From positions 1 to 35,841 of IMG/VR virus record IMGVR_UViG_3300017565_000034: a stretch of DNA of 35,841 nucleotides, one strand, 5' to 3'. The position numbers were made by a program, and so were the translations under genes. Below, one piece after another: positions 9,405 through 17,734 of the stretch (the stretch's first letter is position 1; every line of letters starts with the position of its first letter). Below the pieces are notes generated by a model, which saw only the letters and a list, made by a program, of their open reading frames with translations, was not told the DNA's origin and searched no databases. The DNA is from a virus. Taxonomy: Duplodnaviria; Caudoviricetes.

Positions 9405-9475
9405 TGCTGATCTTCCTTTTCAAGAGTTCGTGTGGTTGCTATCCTAGCGCTGCGCGCTCTTCCGTGTCTCTGGGC

Positions 9476-10960
9476 TCAGGCGTTGCCGGCCGTCTGTCCC
9501 TTCCAGGCCGTGGTGAGACGGCTGTCGCGGTCCGCGTAGATCTTCTCCGAGTCGGCCAGCTTGGTCTGCGGAGCGCTGGCGAAGCTGCGGGCCTGATCCA
9601 TAATGCCGCCGGGGCGGTGGGTGGTCAGGTTGTCCTCGACCTTGCTCACGTCCACGCCGCTGGTGAGCGTGTCGAAGCTGACGGCGACCTGCTCGTCGGT
9701 CCAGGACTTGGCCGCGTCGCCGACCTTGGCGAGGACGACCTGCTTGCGGATCTCCGAGTCGGTCTTGCCGTCCACGACCAGGGACGAGGCAGCGTCGCCC
9801 ATGACCACCTTGGCCTTGTCGACCATGACCTTGCGATCGGCCACGAGCTGGTCGAGCTTGGCGGGGGTGACGGCGGCGTCAGCCAGCTGCTTCTTGAGGG
9901 TCTCGACCTCCGCGTCCTTGGCGGCCATCTCGGTGGTGTGCTTGGCGACCGCCGAGTCGTTGTCCGCCTTCATCTTGGTGATGGTGGACTGCGCGTCCGT
10001 CAGCTGCTTGGTCAGGTCTGCGACCGAGGTCTTGAGCGACGAGATGTGCTTGTCCACGACCTGAACGGCGGTCTCGCTCATCTCCACGGTGATGCCGTCG
10101 ATAACGTGCGTCTTCATATCGGTAGTCCTCTCTTCTTTGCGGCCATCGGCGATGGCGGGTGGGTTGTCGACAATCGACAAGATCGAGTCGACGGCGGCGA
10201 GGATGTCCCCGTCGCCGACGACGGCGGCCTTAGTCCTTGCAGCTCGGAGGCTGCTCACGATGACCACGCCGTCGACCATGACGGGGTAGCCAGCTTCGCC
10301 CTTGCCCTGGAGAGCAAGCATGGCGTCCTTCGCGACCGGAGAGCCCTCTCGGTCAATCTTCCCCTCAGCGATCGCTCGGAGAGCTGAGGCATAGTTGGTG
10401 AAGTCCAGCCGGGCCTCACCCGAGCCATCGCCGATGCGAAGCTCGGGTCCGCCTCGGGCGCGGTCCACGACGGCGACGTGGTTCACGCGGATGTTCCGCT
10501 GCATCGCGTCGTAGGTCTGCCCATCGGGCGTGGTCCCCTCCCCCCAGGCAATCTGGCACGTGTAGCCGACGGACAGCTCTGCCTTGCCAGAGTCCACCTT
10601 GGACACCAGGCCAGCGTCGCTGATCATCATCGGGACCCGAACGAAGTCTCCCTCGCGGACGACTTCCCCGTCCGTCTGGCCCTTGGAGAACTGCTTCCAG
10701 TTCTTCGCATCGACCAGCACCGGCGGGTGATCGTCCGTCACGGGCTTGTGGCCGAACGACTTCATCGAGTCGATGTTGAAGACCTCGTCCTCGGGGCGGT
10801 AGATCCGGACGATGTCGAGGGAGTCGTTCCCGACCTCGCTGCCCCGGTAGAGCTGGATGCCCGTTCGAGCGACCTTCGGCTGGGCCACCAGGTAGCCGGA
10901 CGCGGTGACCCGCTTCTTGGCGCTGTCGTCAATCACGTATCGGTCGCAGAGTTGGATCAT
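9476..10960 (-). CDS. Prohead protease-scaffold fusion (DUF2213)
   Basis: GYL, ARTGIQLY, YRPEDEVF, KPVTDDHP, ELSVGY and NHVAVVDRARGG motifs, then a coiled-coil scaffold. Start moved from 10990 to the ATG at 10960 because GGAGG lies just upstream of it. Confidence 0.9.
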   Translation of the reverse strand: MIQLCDRYVIDDSAKKRVTASGYLVAQPKVARTGIQLYRGSEVGNDSLDIVRIYRPEDEVFNIDSMKSFGHKPVTDDHPPVLVDAKNWKQFSKGQTDGEVVREGDFVRVPMMISDAGLVSKVDSGKAELSVGYTCQIAWGEGTTPDGQTYDAMQRNIRVNHVAVVDRARGGPELRIGDGSGEARLDFTNYASALRAIAEGKIDREGSPVAKDAMLALQGKGEAGYPVMVDGVVIVSSLRAARTKAAVVGDGDILAAVDSILSIVDNPPAIADGRKEERTTDMKTHVIDGITVEMSETAVQVVDKHISSLKTSVADLTKQLTDAQSTITKMKADNDSAVAKHTTEMAAKDAEVETLKKQLADAAVTPAKLDQLVADRKVMVDKAKVVMGDAASSLVVDGKTDSEIRKQVVLAKVGDAAKSWTDEQVAVSFDTLTSGVDVSKVEDNLTTHRPGGIMDQARSFASAPQTKLADSEKIYADRDSRLTTAWKGQTAGNA

Positions 10961-10965
10961 GGGAC

Positions 10966-11691
10966 TTACCTCCAGTAGCGGTTGACCCACGGGGCCTGGT
11001 GCTGAACCTCAGCATCCCAGGGCTTCTTCATCCCGTGGAAGAAGACGATCTTGGTCTGGGCTGACAGGACGCCCTGCAGCCGGACCTGCAGCGGGTAGCT
11101 CGCGACCTCGGGCCAGGAGGCGCCGTGGGCGCCAACCCGACCGATCAGCTTGTACGAGAGCCAGGACTGGTCGGACCCCAGGTAGCCCGCCCGGAATGCC
11201 TCCAGGGGCGAGGTCGCCGGGTCGAACTCCGACCAGATGTGCTGGAGGTCGGGGCCCGCGTCGAAGATCTGGAGGGAGCCGTTGTAGACCTGCGGGTGGT
11301 GCTTGCCGCGCAGGACCCAGCCGGTGTAGAGGGTCGGCTGGGTGAACAGCTCCGTGACGTCGCCCGTGATGACCGTGTCGAGGTCGATGCCGACGATCCT
11401 GTCCCCGTAGCGAATGCCGAGCAGCTCCTGAGTTGGCTGGTCGTACAGCTTCAGCCGGCGGTAGCAGGAGGGGAGGTTGGCGTTCGTCGCGTTGTTCAGC
11501 CCGTCCGCGTCGCCCCACAGGGGGTAGGTCTCGCACTCGCTGATGCCCTCCGGCTCGTCCGTGATGCAGATGATCCGATGGGGCACCCTGATGTTGCGGT
11601 GCAGCATCCGCGCGACCGCGTCCACGTGCTCGGACGAGTACGCCCGAGCGTGGTTGGCCTGCTTCCACTTCCATAGGACTACGCTAAGCAC
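10966..11691 (-). CDS. Glycosyltransferase, GT-A fold (GT8-like)
   Basis: 241 aa; VVLWKW, ICITD, DxD motif (IDLDTVI), YNGS, GSDQSW and C-terminal FFHG.KKPW motifs. Confidence 0.85.
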   Translation of the reverse strand: MLSVVLWKWKQANHARAYSSEHVDAVARMLHRNIRVPHRIICITDEPEGISECETYPLWGDADGLNNATNANLPSCYRRLKLYDQPTQELLGIRYGDRIVGIDLDTVITGDVTELFTQPTLYTGWVLRGKHHPQVYNGSLQIFDAGPDLQHIWSEFDPATSPLEAFRAGYLGSDQSWLSYKLIGRVGAHGASWPEVASYPLQVRLQGVLSAQTKIVFFHGMKKPWDAEVQHQAPWVNRYWR

Positions 11692-11703
11692 TGATCAGCT
11701 TCC

Positions 11704-12612
11704 TCAGCCAAAGATCCCAGCCTCGACCTCGTCGAGGAAGACGTCCCAAACCTTGTCGCCTCGCTCAGCCATGACCCGCGGCTCGGGGGTCGAGCAGTCG
11801 ACGAACGCGCACTCGTAGTACCCGTGGAGGGTCCAGCCAACGGTCGTCTCGAGGACGAGCCAGCGGCCATCCTTCCCCCGCTCCTTGACGAGGTCGATGC
11901 CGCACCAGGTGAAGCTCTCGCTTGCGAAGAACTCGTTCGCTGCGTCCAGGGCGGCCCGGATCTCGGGGTCGCTCAGGTCCGTGATGGGTCGGAGGTTCCC
12001 CGATCCGGAGGCCATCGGCCGGTCCTTGCGGTTGAACCGCCGGAGGATGAGCCGCTTCCGGCCGATCGCGATGATCCGGATGTCGCCCTCGTTCCCCTCG
12101 ACAAAGTCCTGCCACAGCAGGTAGCCGCGTTGGGTCTGGCCGTACCGGCACTTGATGCCGAGGTCGGAGAAGGCTTCCTTGATCTCCTTGCGCGCCTCGT
12201 CCTCACTGCTGACCAGGCGGACGTTGTGGGAGGAGGCTCCCTCCGACGTCTTGCTGATGAACGGAAACTTGCGGCCCAGGGCGAGAGCGCGCTTGGCTGC
12301 CCCGGGTGAGTAGTAGATCTGGGTCCGCGGCATCCACTTGGATAGCTGGCGGGCCTGCTCGATCTTGTCGTCGTAGAGGTTGCTGGAGCGGTACTCGGGG
12401 ACGAGGACCAGGCTCGGGTTCATGGCCATGATGGCCATCATCCGCTTGTGGAGGAGCCGGACTTGCGGATGGTGGTGCATGTGCATGAACACGTAGCCAT
12501 TGTCTGGGCGACGAGGTTCGTCGAACATGTGGGCCTCGTGGCCGCGGGCCTGCGCAGCCCGAGCCAGCATGGCACCCCAGTTGTGAGCGTCCTCGTAGCA
12601 CCAGATCTTCAT
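11704..12612 (-). CDS. ATP-grasp ligase (RimK-like)
   Basis: 302 aa; DDKIEQ, MPRT, FPFISK..GASSHNVRLV, WQDFV, DIRIIAIG, R....ASGSG, CGIDLV and VLE motifs in ATP-grasp order. Confidence 0.85.
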   Translation of the reverse strand: MKIWCYEDAHNWGAMLARAAQARGHEAHMFDEPRRPDNGYVFMHMHHHPQVRLLHKRMMAIMAMNPSLVLVPEYRSSNLYDDKIEQARQLSKWMPRTQIYYSPGAAKRALALGRKFPFISKTSEGASSHNVRLVSSEDEARKEIKEAFSDLGIKCRYGQTQRGYLLWQDFVEGNEGDIRIIAIGRKRLILRRFNRKDRPMASGSGNLRPITDLSDPEIRAALDAANEFFASESFTWCGIDLVKERGKDGRWLVLETTVGWTLHGYYECAFVDCSTPEPRVMAERGDKVWDVFLDEVEAGIFG

Positions 12613-12636
12613 GACCCTCGTCCCCTTTCCCTACCG

Positions 12637-13005
12637 TCAGCTATGCCAGGTCTTCTCGCCGGTCTTCGGATCGATGATCGGCGTGTTGCGGATAGCGTCG
12701 CGGGACTTCATCATGGTCGGCGCGGGGCCGGGCTGAGGAGCGAGCTCCTCGGGCTGCTCGGACTGGGCCTGCTCGTTGACCTCGTTCCGCTGGGCCATCT
12801 CGCGGTCCACCGCCTCGTTGTGCTCGGCAGCGCGCTTGGCCGCGGCAGGGTCCACAGAGACCGTTCCCGCGAGCTGAGCTTCCTCTTCCTGACGAGCGGC
12901 CTCGGCCTTCTTGGCCTTCAGCTCCGCCGTCTGCTTCTCCACGTCCGCGACCGGGTCATCCTTGACCTTGGTCTCGTCCGCCGATGCGCTCTTCACCTTA
13001 TCCAT
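12637..13005 (-). CDS. Small charged low-complexity protein (A/E/K-rich)
   Basis: 122 aa, AAGGAG RBS; fills the gap between the minor head gene and the ATP-grasp gene. Confidence 0.7.
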   Translation of the reverse strand: MDKVKSASADETKVKDDPVADVEKQTAELKAKKAEAARQEEEAQLAGTVSVDPAAAKRAAEHNEAVDREMAQRNEVNEQAQSEQPEELAPQPGPAPTMMKSRDAIRNTPIIDPKTGEKTWHS

Positions 13006-13038
13006 CTTCGTCTCCTTCGCTGTTAACCCCAGCCCCCG

Positions 13039-14169
13039 CTACCGAGCCCGACGGGCCCGGGTCCTCTTGGACTTCGCCCGCGGCTTAGTCCTAGCCTTGA
13101 CTCTCACTCGCTCTGCCTTGGGCGGCTGGCCCAGGATGGCGCGCATCGCTGCCGACCCCAGGGCCTCCGCCTCGCGCTGGGCGGGCGTCCGGTTCTTCGC
13201 CCTCGCCCGCACGAACACGCATCGGCACTTGGGGTGCGCCGGGATCAGGGACCTCGCCCGGTCTATGGAGTACGGTCCCCTGCGCGAGATGGACTGGCAG
13301 ATCGGGCAGACTCGATCGTCGCCCGCCGTCTTGACCTTGACGCGCTTCAACTTCGACAGCTCCTGCTCGACCTTCTCGATCCGGCGGATCGTGGACCCCG
13401 AGGGCGTCCGCTTCCGGCTGGACCGGGAGCCCGGGCCGGTCTTGGCATCGAGGACGTCGGCATCTCCCGTCGGCAAGCTGGGCCTGACCATCTCCGGGAT
13501 CGTGTCGACCTCGGCAACGCCAGCGGACTCGTAGACGTCCAGGGACCCATTGTTGAAGGCCGTGAGGACGATCGAGTCGACCAGGGAGGCCGTCCGGCTG
13601 ATGCCGACCTTGTCGATCCGGTCCCAGACTTGGCGAGTGAGCTCCATGGGCCGCGGCCGGGACAGGAGCCCCTTGCTGACGATCCGAACGGACTGCTGGG
13701 ACACGGCCTCAGCGATGCCCTGCAGCTCGACGTGGGCGACCTCAGCGATGGCATCGACGCGGTCGATGGACATGGGGACGGACTGCCCCAGGTCGCGCTC
13801 AGCGTGGCGCTTGCCCGCCTCATAGGCCTCCAGGACGAACGGCCGGAGGTCCTGGGCGCCCGTGGTCACCAGGGACCCGAGGGCGTGGTCGAGCCATCGC
13901 TGGAAAGTCTGGATCTTGGAGGCCGTGGACACGAGTGGCGAGGCCACGGGTCGCATGGGGTCGGACAGCCCTAGCTGGAGGACGTCGCTCGTCACCAGGA
14001 TCTCGCGAACCGAGACCCGGAGGCCACGCCAGCGGATCGCGAGCGTCGAGCGGAAGCGCGAGCGCAGGCGGGACGTCCCCGAGGGATCGGCCGCGCGGGC
14101 CCCCGCGTCGGCCACGTGAGCGCACGGGCCCGCGCAGCCGCAGGTCATCCGGATGGCAGCAGCTCGCAT
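13039..14169 (-). CDS. Minor head protein (SPP1 gp7 / Mu gpF-like)
   Basis: 376 aa; TAGDDRVCPIC and IPAHPKCRC motifs; directly after the portal; Arg/Lys-rich tail. Confidence 0.88.
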   Translation of the reverse strand: MRAAAIRMTCGCAGPCAHVADAGARAADPSGTSRLRSRFRSTLAIRWRGLRVSVREILVTSDVLQLGLSDPMRPVASPLVSTASKIQTFQRWLDHALGSLVTTGAQDLRPFVLEAYEAGKRHAERDLGQSVPMSIDRVDAIAEVAHVELQGIAEAVSQQSVRIVSKGLLSRPRPMELTRQVWDRIDKVGISRTASLVDSIVLTAFNNGSLDVYESAGVAEVDTIPEMVRPSLPTGDADVLDAKTGPGSRSSRKRTPSGSTIRRIEKVEQELSKLKRVKVKTAGDDRVCPICQSISRRGPYSIDRARSLIPAHPKCRCVFVRARAKNRTPAQREAEALGSAAMRAILGQPPKAERVRVKARTKPRAKSKRTRARRAR

Positions 14170-16154
14170 CAGCGCGACCTGTCCTCAGTGAAGGTTGATC
14201 GGAAGTCGTCCTTGGGGTCCTCGAAGATCTCGGGCCCGAGGACGATCTCGCCCCGCCAGGGCACCAGGGCATCGGGGTCGGTCCCCGGCTCGGGCTGGTA
14301 GGTCAGGGTGATGTGTGGCTGGTAGTCGGGGTAGCTCACCTCGGCGCCCACGACCTCGCGGATGCGCATGTGGCGGTAGGCCAGGCTCGACGAGGTGAAC
14401 ATGAGGACCAGGGCCCGGCTCTCCGGTCCCGGGCCAAAGATGTCGTGCATCCGGGGCCCGCCCTCCTTGACCCGGATGCCGCCGTTCTCCTCCTCGACCC
14501 AGTGGTCGTCCTCGACCTTCATCCAGTCGACCTCGTTGGTCGAGTACATGACAGTGACGTGCATCTGGTTGGCCGGCGTCATGGTGTCCAGGCCCTGCGA
14601 CTTGTAGTGCTTCCTGATCTCGTCTGCGTTCAGGACGTCGCGGCGGACGTAGAGCTGGCGGGGCCGGGCATCGGCCACCGCCCGGCGGATGCGGTCGGTC
14701 GTCTTGGCCGGGTCGCCCTCGGGATCGTCCTCGGGGGCCGGCTCAGTCGGGTCCGGAGTCTCGTCATCGTCCTCCTCGCTGGCGGCCCGGAGGTCGTCGA
14801 TCTGCTCGAGGCCTGGATAGGTGCCATCCTCGATGAGCTGGTTGATGCGGGCCTCGCGGAGGACGTCGGGGTCGATCAGGCCAGCATTGACGTCGGCCGT
14901 CATGACGGCTGCCTTCTTCGTGGCGATCTCGGCCTTCTCCTTCTCGTCCATCTGCCACAGCGGGTTCCAGTTGTAGAAGATCCCGTCGGGGTGGCCGCCG
15001 AGAGCGGAGCGGATGAGCACCTGGTCGAGCGTGGACAGGGCCGGCGTGATCTCCATCTTCTGCTCGGTGGCCGTCCGGTCGTAGTAGTTGCGCGTGTCGC
15101 TCTCGCCCGTGGCGCTGAGGCCCGTGGGCGACTGGCCGAGGAAGCGGGTCGCCGGGATGTCGGCCGCGCCGCAGACGATGAGGAGGTAGATCTTCAGGAC
15201 GTCCGGCAGGCCCGTGAAGTTCTGGGCGATGCGGTTCCAGGTCTCCTCCTTGTCGATGACCAGCATGCCGAACGTCGACTTCATGGTGTTCGCCAGGGCG
15301 AACCTCTGCTGGAGCCGCTGCTCGTACTGCTTGCTGGATATCTTCTCGCTGAGCTCCGGGATGGAGACCGTGTCGATCTTGGACTCGTTCACGAGCTGCG
15401 CGACGGTCGAGGTCACCAGGCCGCACGCGAGGACCGCGTCGTAGCAGATCTGCAAGATGCTGTCGCCCCAGCCATTCGACAGCTGAGGGTTGGGGGACTC
15501 GGCGCCGAGGAAGCGGACCACGCGGGAGGGGTGGAAGCGGCTCATCTGCCCGGTCTGGGTGTTCGTCCGCTCGTAGTAGCTCGGCTGGCCGAAGTAGGGG
15601 CTGAGGATGTCCCAGTCGATCGGGCCGGCCGTGAGGTCGTTCCGGGACACGCAGTGGACGAACTTGAGCTGATCCTTCTTCACCGCCTCGACGTTCAGCG
15701 GCACGTCCGACGTGCCCTGGTCCACGCCCAGGATGAGCGCACCGCCGCCGTACAGGCGACCGCGCTGGAAGGCCATCATCGCCTTCTTCTGGATGCCCAG
15801 GGCGTTCTCGAGGTCCTCGATGGCGGTGATGTCCGTCGACTCGGCCTGCCAGGACCGCCACTCGCGGAAGGCGTCCCGAGCCGGGATGTCGACGATCTTC
15901 CGGCTGATCCAGTCGCTCCGGTAAGCCGTCTCGACCTGGTCCTGCGTCATGGCGTCCATGCGGAAGTACATGCCGGAGGTCTTGTCCCGGTCGGTCCCCA
16001 TGCCCGTCAGGACGTTGACGAGCTTGTCCCCGACCCGGACGATCGTGGGCGCGAGGTCCCGCGACGTCGAGGTCTTCGCTGGCGATGACTTGCCAGACCT
16101 CGTCGCGGACTTTGCCCGGCTGGTGCGCGCGGTCGTCTTGGATGACTTGGCCAC
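14169..16154 (-). CDS. Portal protein (DUF1073 type) fused to a C-terminal 2H phosphoesterase (Acb1 / T4 gp57B-like) domain
   Basis: Portal motifs YRSDW..RKIVDIPA.DA.REWR, RLYGG, FHPSRV, GAADIPATRFLGQSP.G.SATGESD.RNYYD; after an acidic linker, a ~165 aa domain with two HxT motifs (HVT 14553-14561, HIT 14307-14315). Confidence 0.9.
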   Translation of the reverse strand: MAKSSKTTARTSRAKSATRSGKSSPAKTSTSRDLAPTIVRVGDKLVNVLTGMGTDRDKTSGMYFRMDAMTQDQVETAYRSDWISRKIVDIPARDAFREWRSWQAESTDITAIEDLENALGIQKKAMMAFQRGRLYGGGALILGVDQGTSDVPLNVEAVKKDQLKFVHCVSRNDLTAGPIDWDILSPYFGQPSYYERTNTQTGQMSRFHPSRVVRFLGAESPNPQLSNGWGDSILQICYDAVLACGLVTSTVAQLVNESKIDTVSIPELSEKISSKQYEQRLQQRFALANTMKSTFGMLVIDKEETWNRIAQNFTGLPDVLKIYLLIVCGAADIPATRFLGQSPTGLSATGESDTRNYYDRTATEQKMEITPALSTLDQVLIRSALGGHPDGIFYNWNPLWQMDEKEKAEIATKKAAVMTADVNAGLIDPDVLREARINQLIEDGTYPGLEQIDDLRAASEEDDDETPDPTEPAPEDDPEGDPAKTTDRIRRAVADARPRQLYVRRDVLNADEIRKHYKSQGLDTMTPANQMHVTVMYSTNEVDWMKVEDDHWVEEENGGIRVKEGGPRMHDIFGPGPESRALVLMFTSSSLAYRHMRIREVVGAEVSYPDYQPHITLTYQPEPGTDPDALVPWRGEIVLGPEIFEDPKDDFRSTFTEDRSR

Positions 16155-16171
16155 TGGTTCCTACCTCGCGA

Positions 16172-17734
16172 TCACGCGACCCATCCGAGGGACGAGTCGT
16201 AGTTGTACTTGCGGACCAGCGTCTTCATGAAGGCCCCCGCCGAGGCGTCGACCACGTCGATCAGGCCCTGGGGAAAGGTCTCGTGCTGGTCCATGAATAG
16301 TCCGTTCCACTTCTGGTTGGCGTGGAGGATGATGTTGCCCGCCTGCCACTGGGCAGCGTATGGCTCAGCCCGGAGCTCCTTGCTGCCCGTCACCTTGTCC
16401 GCCTGGATCTTGAAGCCCGCCAGGTTGGCGATGGTCCGCTCGGCGCTCTCCTTGCCGCCAGACCCCGGCTCCTGCTCGATCCACGTCTCGATCCGGCCCC
16501 ACTGGGCATCGTCCATCTCGGCCGTGGCCCGGATCATCCGCTCTCGGTCCCAGGACGACCAGTGGCCGTTGCGGACGTCGCTGATGAACCACCGGCCATC
16601 GACGAGGGCGTGCATCAGGGTGCCCGCGGTGCCGGCGCCACCGTTCTCCGTGCCGGCCTTGTCCCAGTACCGGACGCTCTTCTTGATGTCCGAGGCAGAC
16701 GGCAGGTTCCTCGCGTACCGGATGCGGTCGATCGGGAACATGCCGCCGCCGGCGATGATCGGCGACTGCTGGTAGAGAGACTCCCAGGAGGCCTGGGTCA
16801 GCTTCCGCTTCCGGTCCATGATGAAGGACCGGGACTTGAACTCGGGGAACAAGACGTCGCCGACTGACCGCGGGTCGATCACGTCGTTGCGGGCGTCGAC
16901 CATGGTGCCGTCCTCGAGGCGGACCTTCTTGGGCACCACGTACTCGGCCGGGTACTTCAGGACTTTGGCCTCGGGCGTCTTCGCCAGGTAGCGGCCCGTG
17001 GGGTCGTCCACGTGCCACCGGGTGGCCAGGATGATCATGCCGGCGTCGTCCGAGAAGCGGGTCAGGAAGTCGTCGGTCATCCACTCCCACGTCTTGTCGC
17101 GGATGGCCTTGGACTGAGCGGCGGCCCGGCCCTTGATGGGGTCGTCGATGATCCCCAGGTCGAAGCCCTTGCCGTTGATCTGCCCCTGCACGGTCGTGTT
17201 GCGGAAGTGCCCCCGGTAGCCCACGTACTCCAGGAACTTGGAGTTGCGGAGGTACCGGCCCGCCCCGGCGACGGCCGTGACCACGTTCGTCGAGCTCAGG
17301 AAGGTCTTGGGGAACACCCGGCCGAACTTCGTCCGGTCGTCGTAGAGGCGCTGCAGGTACATGTTGGCGCTGACGCCGAGGTCGTCCGAGAAGCTGGCGT
17401 ACAGGGTCCGGATGTCGGGGGCCTTGCCGGCGACCCAGGCGATGAAGTCGTGGAGGCCGCGGGACTTGCCGTGCTGCGGGGGCGCCTCGATGATGAGGAC
17501 CGGTCGCTCCCCGCGCATCAGCGCAGCGAAGAACTCCTGGAGGTGGCAGGACAGGTCATAGGGAAACCACCCCGTCCGGAACTTGGGGTCCACGTACTGG
17601 CGGAACGCCCACAGGCTCTCGCGCGCCTCCGCAGCGTAGTACTCCTCGATCAGGTCAAAGTCGTCCTCCGTCCAGGCCGCCTGGGGGACGGCGCCGGGCA
17701 CGACCAGCCGGGGAGCTTCTGGGAGGCTCAGCAT
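16172..17734 (-). CDS. terL: Terminase large subunit
   Basis: 520 aa; Walker A PPQHGKS, Walker B IIDDPIK, TRWHVDD, LYQQ.P, nuclease WDKA, EQEPGSGGK and D.VDA motifs. Confidence 0.95.
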   Translation of the reverse strand: MLSLPEAPRLVVPGAVPQAAWTEDDFDLIEEYYAAEARESLWAFRQYVDPKFRTGWFPYDLSCHLQEFFAALMRGERPVLIIEAPPQHGKSRGLHDFIAWVAGKAPDIRTLYASFSDDLGVSANMYLQRLYDDRTKFGRVFPKTFLSSTNVVTAVAGAGRYLRNSKFLEYVGYRGHFRNTTVQGQINGKGFDLGIIDDPIKGRAAAQSKAIRDKTWEWMTDDFLTRFSDDAGMIILATRWHVDDPTGRYLAKTPEAKVLKYPAEYVVPKKVRLEDGTMVDARNDVIDPRSVGDVLFPEFKSRSFIMDRKRKLTQASWESLYQQSPIIAGGGMFPIDRIRYARNLPSASDIKKSVRYWDKAGTENGGAGTAGTLMHALVDGRWFISDVRNGHWSSWDRERMIRATAEMDDAQWGRIETWIEQEPGSGGKESAERTIANLAGFKIQADKVTGSKELRAEPYAAQWQAGNIILHANQKWNGLFMDQHETFPQGLIDVVDASAGAFMKTLVRKYNYDSSLGWVA

